A stretch of DNA of 64,000 bases from Podarcis pityusensis (taxonomy: Eukaryota): NCBI GenBank assembly GCA_964106645.2, contig OZ067050.1; one strand, written 5' to 3'. This document shows positions 55,601 to 64,000 of the stretch, one piece after another. The notes under the pieces were generated by a model, which worked only from the letters and a program-made list of their open reading frames with translations, was not told the origin of the DNA and did not search any database. Made by a program: the position numbers and the translations under genes. The stretch's first letter is position 1. Each line of letters begins with the position of its first letter.

Positions 55601-58600
55601 TGATTCAGAGACTCAGCAACGGGAGATTGAGTTGCTTAAGCAGGAGAGTGAACTGCCCCTAGAAGAGCTGCTGCAGTCACTGCCACCCCAAATTTTGGAG
55701 AACTCCTTCAGCGTGCCCCCTTGTGCCTCTAGTTCTGAAAATGATGAAGAGGAGGAGGGTGACAGTGAAGAGGAAGAGGAGCAGGACGAAAAACAGACTT
55801 CCAAGAAGTTAAAGGTGTGCTGCTGGTTTATGGGCAAGTCTTGGGTTCAGATGCGTAGGGAACTCTACTTAGAATATGCAGCTACAGAATTCTGACCATC
55901 ATTCAGTCACACTTCAATGGGCATCACCAGCATGTAGGAAAGGGACACAGAGTCAGGCAATGGATCAGGCTGGGCCTGGACAGGCAAGGGCCTAGCTGTA
56001 GATAGCAGGAAAGATTAAGTTAGTTGAGAATACTTGTTGCCAAATTTCTGTCCTGCTTTCTGTGACATGCACATGCACTGCTAAAGGCCTCCCATCTTGG
56101 TCTGAAAGCCCTTTCTCATATTTGGCAGGAGAAGCCAAAGCCTGTTGCTCAGAGGAATAAAAAACCCTGGAAGCCCGATGAAGAGGATGAGGAGTTCACT
56201 GCCAATGAGGAGGAAGGTGAGCCTGTTATTTTGGGTCTGCGGTTGACTGAGCACGTTGGAAACTTGAGGCAGGGACCAGCGCTGGAATCATTTCATGCAG
56301 TAACACAGGGCGTCCTTCCTCTTGTAGCTGAAGATGAAGAGGAAACAATAGATGCAGAAGAAAAGCTGGAAGGAGATGTGGATCACAGCCAGGAGCTGGA
56401 TGAGCTGGCCAAGGAAGGTTCGGAAGCAGATGGTGGCTGGGGTGGCAAATGGCGGTCAGGACTTTCATTCCCTGGGCCCTGAACACTATTCGCTTTATTA
56501 CTAAATTGTGTTTCCGAATGTCTGCTAGGTCTGTGAACCATCGTTCCCAGAATTTCTGCTCTTAAAGGGACGTAGGGCCAGGGTAAGCACCTGCCCCAAC
56601 TCAGTTTTGTATTTCTTGCCCTACCCCAAGTGTTTCCAGTTCCCCTGGAACCTGTAATCTGACTTAGTAGACCAACCTTATTTGTTGGTGAACTGAGTTG
56701 GGCCTATATTGGTTGCACTATGTCTATTTCCCATTTTTTTCCACAACCATGGGAAGATAAAGCAGTATTGCCAACAAAAGTCTAAAAGGGGACTGATTTG
56801 AACTGATGGACAAGGTTTGGTGAGCTCAGAAATGATAACAAGTCATTGAACCCAAAACCTAGGCTGGGGTTTCCAAGATGGAACCCTCTGTTCTAATTTG
56901 TAACTAGTTACCAGAACCAGAGGGCCACTTCAACAGGATATGATCAGGGATCAGAGAAGAGAACTATCTATCTTAGTGTTCGGGCATAATCTTGTGCTTT
57001 CTTTCCCTTTGGCAGGTGAGTTACCCATGGATGAGTTGCTGCAGAAATACGCTGGCGCCTATACCTCAGACTTTGAAATGGAGGAGTCGGACATGTCATC
57101 CGAGGCCTCGGAGCCCAGCACTTCTGAGTATGAGGAAGAGTCAGAGGAAGAAGACAGCAGTAGCCAGTCAGGTAAAAGGAAGGGAATGGGTCTTGTAAAT
57201 TTGGAAAGTAATTGAATCTTGTGTGTAATTACAGTGGTACCTTGATTCTCAAACTTAATCCGTTCCGGAAGTCTGTTCCAAAACCAAGGCGTGTTTTCCC
57301 CATAGAAAGTAACGTAAAACAGATTAATCCGTTCCAGACTTTTAAAAACAACCCCTAAAACAGCAATTTAACATGAATTTTACTATCTTACGAGGCCATT
57401 GATCCATAAAATGAAAGCAATAAACAATGCACTGTACTATAAAATAAATAAAACAGTATTGTAGATGATAAAAATTAAAAGTAAAAAAAAACTTACCTGC
57501 ACTGATGATGGTCATTGTTTGGATGGGGTTTTTTTTTATCCATTTCTGCAGTTACACAATCATTCAGTAGCTGAACTGGGATCCACACAGTCACAAAAGC
57601 AAATTAACTGAAAAAGCCTCAAAACAGAAAACACAAAATAAATAGCAAAAACAAAAGCGCCAAATATAAGCTCCAAATATCACCTCAGAACTCCAATCGG
57701 AAACGGAATCGGAAACGGAAGGCTTGAATTACAATGGGGGGGGGGCGCAAAGTAGCAGTGCAACGGGAAACACGGAAATGGAAGGCTTGAATTACAATGG
57801 GGGACGCTAATTAGCGCAACAGGAAACACAGGGCTCAAAATGGAGCACGTTTGGCTTCCAAAAAAAAGTTCGAAAACTGGAACACCTACTTCCAATTTTG
57901 CAGCATTCTGGATCCAAGTTGTTCGTGAACTAAGCTGTTCGAAAACCAAGGTACCACTGTATTATCTCCTCTTTATAGCCGAAGGTATTCTTAGCAGGTG
58001 TCCTCAAGTATTTGCCTCAGTCTTGGGATCAGACTTTGTTTTTGAAGAAATGTTTGTCCCAAAAACAACTTAACATGCTGCATTTGTCTTGATGGCATTT
58101 GTGGCACGTAACAAATGATTTCTTGTATAGAGCAGTGTAGTTTGTAAGGCACTGATTTAAAGATGATAGCAGTAAGTTGCCCAGCTGCTTTTTGTCCTGA
58201 CATTGCTACTTCTTTCAGATTCCACAGAAGAGGTGGAGAGTGAGCAGGATGAAAGTGAAGAGGAGGATGCCATGGAAGGCGGGGAGGAAGAAGCCTCTGT
58301 GAGCCAGGAGGAGGACTTTGGTGTTGAGTATCTTCTGAAGCAGGATGAGGATCGTGGTGGCGAGGGAGACAATGACTCGACTCCAGCCCCAGGGCCCAAG
58401 AAGGAGATCACAGACATAGCAGCCGCAGCGGAGAGCCTGCAACCCAAAGGTTATACTTTGGATACTACGCAGGTGAGTCAGAGGGAATCTGCGGGGGATT
58501 GCACTGGAATAAAGCAGGCAAATTATATTGCCCTTCTCCCATGTAGGTTAAGACGCCTATTCCCTATCTGTTGCGTGGGACACTGCGAGAATACCAACAC

Positions 58601-61600
58601 ATTGGTCTGGACTGGTTGGTCACCATGTATGAGAAGAAACTCAATGGTATTCTGGCGGATGAGATGGGGCTTGGCAAAACAATCCAGACGATCTCGCTGC
58701 TGGCGCATCTGGCCTGCGAAAAGGGTGGGTCAGGAACTTTGAGAAGAGAACGGAGGGTGAGGATGGGCTCCTTGCTAGAAGCAGCAGATGGCATCTTAAA
58801 CCTCCTAAGATGTGGAGTAACAAAATTCATGCTCTCAGTGCTTTTAGTGGTCACTGTTCCCTTTGGCAGCTTGGCTTTAACAGCTCCATCCTGGGGACAA
58901 ATGGGCTATGGAGAGCAAGCTCTGGAGGGGAGAGAGCTGGATTTGCTCAGGGGAGGGCATGTGGCTGAGGAGTGAGGCACAGAGGCAGCCTTGGTCTCCA
59001 GAGTCATGGAAGCTTCTCTGCTGTGCTTGTGTGCTCCTGTAGGCAGCTGGGGCCCCCACCTGATCATCGTTCCCACCAGCGTGATACTGAACTGGGAGAT
59101 GGAAATCAAGCGCTGGTGCCCCAGTTTCAAGATCCTCACCTACTATGGGGCACAGAAGGAGCGTAAGCTAAAACGGCAGGTGAGAAAACTCAGACGTTGC
59201 AGCTGGGACCAGAGATGGGTTTTGTGTCTCACAATGTAAATGATTTTAAACCTCCAGATAAGCATAAAAAGGTCTCTTTGTAGTTGAAAAAAATGTAATG
59301 TTGGGTATCATTTTCCTCCAGGAAACATTCTGACTTCTATGGGTCCTTTGATAAAATATTTAAAAGATTTCCCTCCCCCACCATCTGTTTCTAAGTAAAT
59401 CAAAAAGGATGGCTAGTCTACAAAGTGAGAAACTAGATTATTAGCATTATTTTGGGTAGCATGTACTGTATGGTGCTAAATTAGGTTTGGTGGTCACGCT
59501 GTGCTAATAAGAGATCTGTTTTAAGGAAACTGAGATGATGCTTGTGGGTAATTGTAATGCAGTCTCTGGTCCATATGTGGCTCACAATAGAAGACATATA
59601 GCTAGCATAATTTCCCAAAAGCACAGAAAGAAAGTATTGAAATAGTATGTGTCATATGAGTCCAGGGGATAGAGATTACCTCATATTGTAAAAAGAGGCA
59701 CAAGTTGTACTCCAGAATTGATTTGCATTTGTATGTAACTATATTTGTGTGTCTATTCATTTTGGCGGGGGGGGGGGGACCAGTTGGTGAAACATGGGCA
59801 AATCATGCTATCGTATTTCTTTGCTGGCACACGACAAAGGAATATGAAGCCCACCTCTATAGCTCAGTTGGTAGAACAGGAGACTCATAACCTTAGGGTC
59901 ATGGGTTCGAGCCCCATGCTGGGGAAAAGATTCTGCACTGCAAGGAGTTGGACTAGATGATTCTTGTGGTCCCCTCCAGCTCTACTTTTCTATGATTCTC
60001 TGAATAAGACATGTTGGTGGCTCAGTTCTTTGGTACTCCAGGAAACATAAGGTAGGGAAACCCTAATTAGAGATATTAAAGAATTTTAGTTATTTTTAGT
60101 CTCCAAATTACCTGATAATAGTCTGGAATGCATTTAAGGCTGAAATAAGGGGTTCTTAGATCAGTATTGTTCTTAAATAAGTAGTGCAGGACCCTCCACT
60201 ATACACTCTTTGGCACCTGCTTAAATTATTTTTGTTTACCCAAGCCAATTCAGACATGTAGAATGTTTCATGTGTTATCTCTTTTGAATGTTTTTAAACA
60301 TCTGTTTCTAAGTGCTTTCTATCAATATTTTTAATGTGTTTTTTATCTTTGTGAAATGCTTAGAAGTTGTTGTTTTTTTTAACAATCAAGTGGTATATAA
60401 ATTTTGTTAAATAACTATCAAAATAAGAAACTCAGAGAGGGCTGGAAGTTCCCTGCCGCAGGTCTACAGCTGTTGAGCTTGGTGTCTCTTCCGTTATTGG
60501 TCACAATTGTAAGCCTTCACTGTCTGTACTCAGGGTTGGACCAAGCCCAATGCCTTTCATATCTGCATCACCTCATACAAGCTGGTACTGCAGGACCACC
60601 AGGCCTTTCGACGCAAGAATTGGAAGTATCTGATCTTGGACGAGGCTCAGAACATTAAGAACTTCAAGTCTCAGCGTTGGCAGTCTCTGCTAAACTTCAA
60701 CAGGTGAGGGTGTGTGTGGTGGTGGGCTTGAGATCGGGACGCAGGGTGGGGCAACGCCTCCCTCTCCGAGGTTCTCACTGTCCTGTCATATTCCTGTTCC
60801 AGTCAGAGGCGGCTTCTTCTGACCGGAACTCCTCTCCAGAACAGCCTGATGGAGTTGTGGTCCCTCATGCACTTCCTGATGCCCCATGTCTTCCAGTCCC
60901 ACCGCGAGTTTAAGGAGTGGTTTTCCAACCCACTGACGGGCATGATTGAGGGCAGCCAGGAGTACAACGAGAACCTGGTGAAAAGGCTACACAAGGTGAG
61001 CGGGGTGGGGGTGAGGGTACAGAGAGCAGCTGGCGTGGTTGGAAGGCGAATGGGAATTGATTCTCTCCACCTCCCCAGGTGCTGCGGCCCTTCCTGCTGC
61101 GGAGGGTGAAAGTGGATGTAGAGAAGCAAATGCCAAAGAAATACGAACATGTCATCAAGTGTCGGCTTTCCAAGCGCCAGCGTTATCTCTACGATGACTT
61201 CATGGCCCAGGCTACGTAAGTTCAGAAAGCTAGTTGGGGGGAGGGAGGGATGGGGTGCTGCGCTAGGGATTGCTTGGCTCTCAGTGGCCTGGATCTTAGA
61301 GGGCTGGTGGGCAGGAGCTCTGGAGGATGAGCCCAGTGTTTTATTCTCTGGCTTTGGTTATTCAATGCGGGACAAGCCATCCTTTATGCTATTCCTCCTT
61401 AACATCAGCGCCTGCTATTCTGATGCTTGGCACCTCTGAGTCTGGCTCACCCTGTGGTTGGTTTCTCTTTCAGCACCAAGGAGACATTGGCAACGGGGCA
61501 CTTCATGAGCGTCATCAACATCCTGATGCAGCTCCGCAAGGTCTGCAACCACCCCAACCTCTTTGACCCACGGCCAATCCACTCGCCATTTATCACAGAA

Positions 61601-64000
61601 GGCATCTGCTTCAACACAGCTTCCCTCATCCTCCATGCCCTTGATAACGACCCTTTCAAGGCAAGTTTGTTCTCTCTCTGGTCTAGTAGGAGAGGGAGAT
61701 GCTCCATTTAGATGCTCCAGGTTGGGCGAGAGATCATTTGTCTTTGGGGCAAGAAGGGGTATGTGTAAGTACCCAGGGTAACCAGACCCTATAATTGGGA
61801 CTGTGCTTATTTCCTGCATATGGGCTTTGCTCCTTACAGCATGCAGACTTGGGCATTTTCGACCTGATCAACTTGGAGGGCCGTGTGTCCCGTTATGAGA
61901 CAGACACATTCCTGCCCAAGTGGAAGGTGACAAGGAAACTGATTGAAGAGATTGCTGAGTCCCCAGACCCTCCTCCCAGACCCAAGCCTGTCAAGATGAA
62001 AGTTAACAGGTACCTGTGATTCTTCTCATTCTCAATAGTCGGTAGCTTCCAGCAGTGGATTAATGATGATGATGATGATATTTATTTATATGCCACCCAT
62101 CTGACTGGGTTGCTCCAGCCACTCTGGGCTGCTTCCAATAAATTATAAAACTACAGCAAAACACCAAACATTAAAACCATCTTTGTTCTTTGCTGTCCAA
62201 AGTCTGGACACCCCATATTGTTGCTGCTTGTATTAGAAAAGCAGCATTGAGCATTTTATCTTGGCCTTGGATTTGTCGATGCTGGAGAATGCAGGAAGCC
62301 TTCTAGCACGGAGAAGAGGCTGACATCAGGTTTTCCTCTTCCCAGCTGCATGGCAGAATACGGACTAACCGCAAAGCCCTCACCTTAGTGACTTCCCAGG
62401 ATCCTGACTCGGAATATTCCTTTGGCTAAGGCAGAGAAAGTAAAGTAGTTGTGCTTGAGATTCGCCTTACGGGTTCTGCTGTAGAGAACACAGATTTTGT
62501 GAGAAGAGGATTTCCAGTGTGTTAGTTCTAAATCGGTCTCTCTACCCACAGGATGCTGCAGCCAGTGCCCAAGCCGGAGAACCGAACTGTGGTGCTGGTG
62601 AACAGCCCTCGTCCCACAACCCCTCTGCAAAAGCCCATTGCCCCTGTCCTTCCAGAGACACTGACGCCCGCTCTGGCCCCCATCCAACACCCGGGCCCAG
62701 TCTTGCCAGGACCAGTGCAGCCCCCCACACTCCCTGTTGCAGTCTCTCTCCCCATGCCCATCCCTTTGCCCTCCTCACCAGTGACCATGTCGATACCAGT
62801 GCCTCCTTCCATCAGACCACAGACCCAGACTCTAGTGCCTATGCTGAGCCAGAACAACACAGCTGCTGCTCTGCTGCAAGGCCAGGCCTCTACTCCACAG
62901 GGTAAGATTCAGAGATCCCAAAGCAGTGGTAACGGGGAGGGAAGAAAGCGGGCTGGGAGCTCATTCACTTTCTCAATTGAGCCCTGGCATCTCAAATTCT
63001 TCTCTACAGTGATGTACTAAGAATTTTTACTGCCTGAAACGTATCTACCTTTCTGGCATACAAGTATTCTGTATTGGGGTGTCAAATCTCTCACTATCAA
63101 AAAAAGGGTTTTTTAAGCTAGTAGCCCTTGCAAGTTGCAGGGGGGAAATGTGCCCATTTTGTGCGTTGGAACAATTTCAGTCCTGCATCAGAGAAGAGGG
63201 TATTGCTTGGAAGGGTTAGTAAAGGCAGAGATAGAGTGAGAAAAGTTTTCTTTTATGCCACTGGGAACAAAACAATGGCTTCTTCCTTTCTTTTCTTCTT
63301 TTTAAATGAGACCAGGGCTAGACCAAGAGACACTACAAATCTGTAATCTTTTCCCCTTTCTCCACAGTCCTGCCTGTGGCGATGACTGCAGCTCAGCTGG
63401 TCCCAAATGCTCCCCGACCCCTCCTCCAGGCATCTCCTATTCCTCCCACCACCACAGCATCTTCCTCGCTGAAACCTGGTGCACTGCCAGCCCCTGTGGG
63501 GCAGCAGCAGCCCATCAACACCTTAGCCATCACGTCCTTGGGACAGCAGCAGCCCATCAACACCCAGCCCATCAGCCCCTTGGGTGTCCCTCCCATGGGG
63601 CAGCCACCTCTGCCCATCAGCACCTTGGGTGTGTCCTCCGTGGGGCAGCCGCCACCGCCCATCAACACTTTGGGTGTTTCCCCCATTGGACAGCAGCTGC
63701 CACCCACCAACACTTTGAGTCCAGCTGCTACAGCCCAGCAGTCAACCAGCACCATGGGCACAGGCGCCATAGGAGGCATGATGAAGCCTGTGAACATCCA
63801 TTCCGCTGTGCCCACCTTGCCAGGCTACAACTTTGCAACTGCTGGAGCCCTTCAGCAAAGGCTTCTGCTGTCCCCGGATATGCAGGCACGGTTGCCCTGT
63901 AAGTATGGAGAGACCGCTGGGAAGGAGGCAGCACAGTTTGATCATCTCCCAAGCCTAACCAGTATCTTCTTTCACTGCAGCGGGCGAAGTGGTAAGCATT
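52627..64000 (+). CDS. SRCAP: Helicase SRCAP (SWR1-family H2A.Z-depositing remodeller), 5' part, truncated by the window end
   Basis: Exons (exon 3 begins at 52439) 52627..52671, 52964..53206, 53370..53555, 53871..54011, 55059..55275, 55528..55814, 56129..56216, 56328..56417, 57016..57171, 58219..58472, 58547..58724, 59043..59179, 60534..60703, 60803..60995, 61079..61215, 61474..61660, 61840..62009, 62552..62901, 63368..63898, 63981..>64000; phases close. N-terminus MQSSP...[15 protein letters not shown] domain [23 protein letters not shown], Walker [17 protein letters not shown] box, [21 protein letters not shown], and [21 protein letters not shown]. Confidence 0.97.
54230..54316. repeat. 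Compound (GT)n/(TA)n/(CATA)n microsatellite
   Basis: gtgtgtgt...atatat...catacatacatacatacata. Confidence 0.85.
54576..54817. mobile_element. Tc1/mariner-pogo (Tigger-like) MITE
   Basis: TA|CAGTGGTACCTCGGGTTA...TAACCTGAGGTACCACTG|TA, with internal repeated taacctgaa. Confidence 0.85.
57232..57959. mobile_element. Tigger-like non-autonomous DNA transposon, 728 bp
   Basis: Perfect 13-bp terminal inverted repeats CAGTGGTACCTTG and CAAGGTACCACTG with TA flanks; no transposase ORF. Confidence 0.85.
59857..60003 (+). mobile_element. tRNA-Lys-derived SINE with CR1-like tail
   Basis: tagctcagttggtagaacaggagactcataaccttagggtcatgggttcgagccccatgctggg followed by gttggactagatga...ttctatgattct. Confidence 0.75.
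63499..63720 (+). repeat. SRCAP: Coding minisatellite in SRCAP, about 5 copies of a 42-45 nt unit (one extended)
   Basis: [74 protein letters not shown]. Confidence 0.85.

Noticed and set aside
59857-59925. tRNA gene with apparent CAT anticodon
   Set aside because: A mutated copy of the same tRNA-Lys SINE with a broken acceptor stem and a CR1 tail.

Overview
Vertebrate genomic DNA, probably from a lacertid lizard (inferred from a full-length Sauria SINE and squamate-type MITE/L2/CR1 relics). Gene order matches human 16p11.2: a two-exon C2H2 zinc-finger gene on the minus strand, then PRR14 (11 coding exons, about 723 aa), FBRS (18 coding exons, about 1036 aa) and the 5' part of SRCAP (runs off the window), all on the plus strand. 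I reconstructed the exons by hand and the splice phases close consistently. The main unexplained feature is a 3.7-kb uninterrupted Glu-rich ORF (46858-50559) inside SRCAP intron 1. Its stop codon lies inside a good splice donor, and splicing at that donor reads in frame through the two nominal 5'UTR exons into the canonical SRCAP start (MQSSP), predicting an SRCAP isoform with an N-terminal extension of about 1320 aa. Other observations: a SNORA30/37-like H/ACA snoRNA just downstream, a same-strand cluster of nine TTAAAGG motifs in the FBRS leader, a duplicated three-finger module in the zinc-finger protein, an exon-pair duplication in PRR14, a GC-AG intron and a 15-aa coding minisatellite in SRCAP. 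Gene identities rest on my recall of the human proteins; no database search was run.
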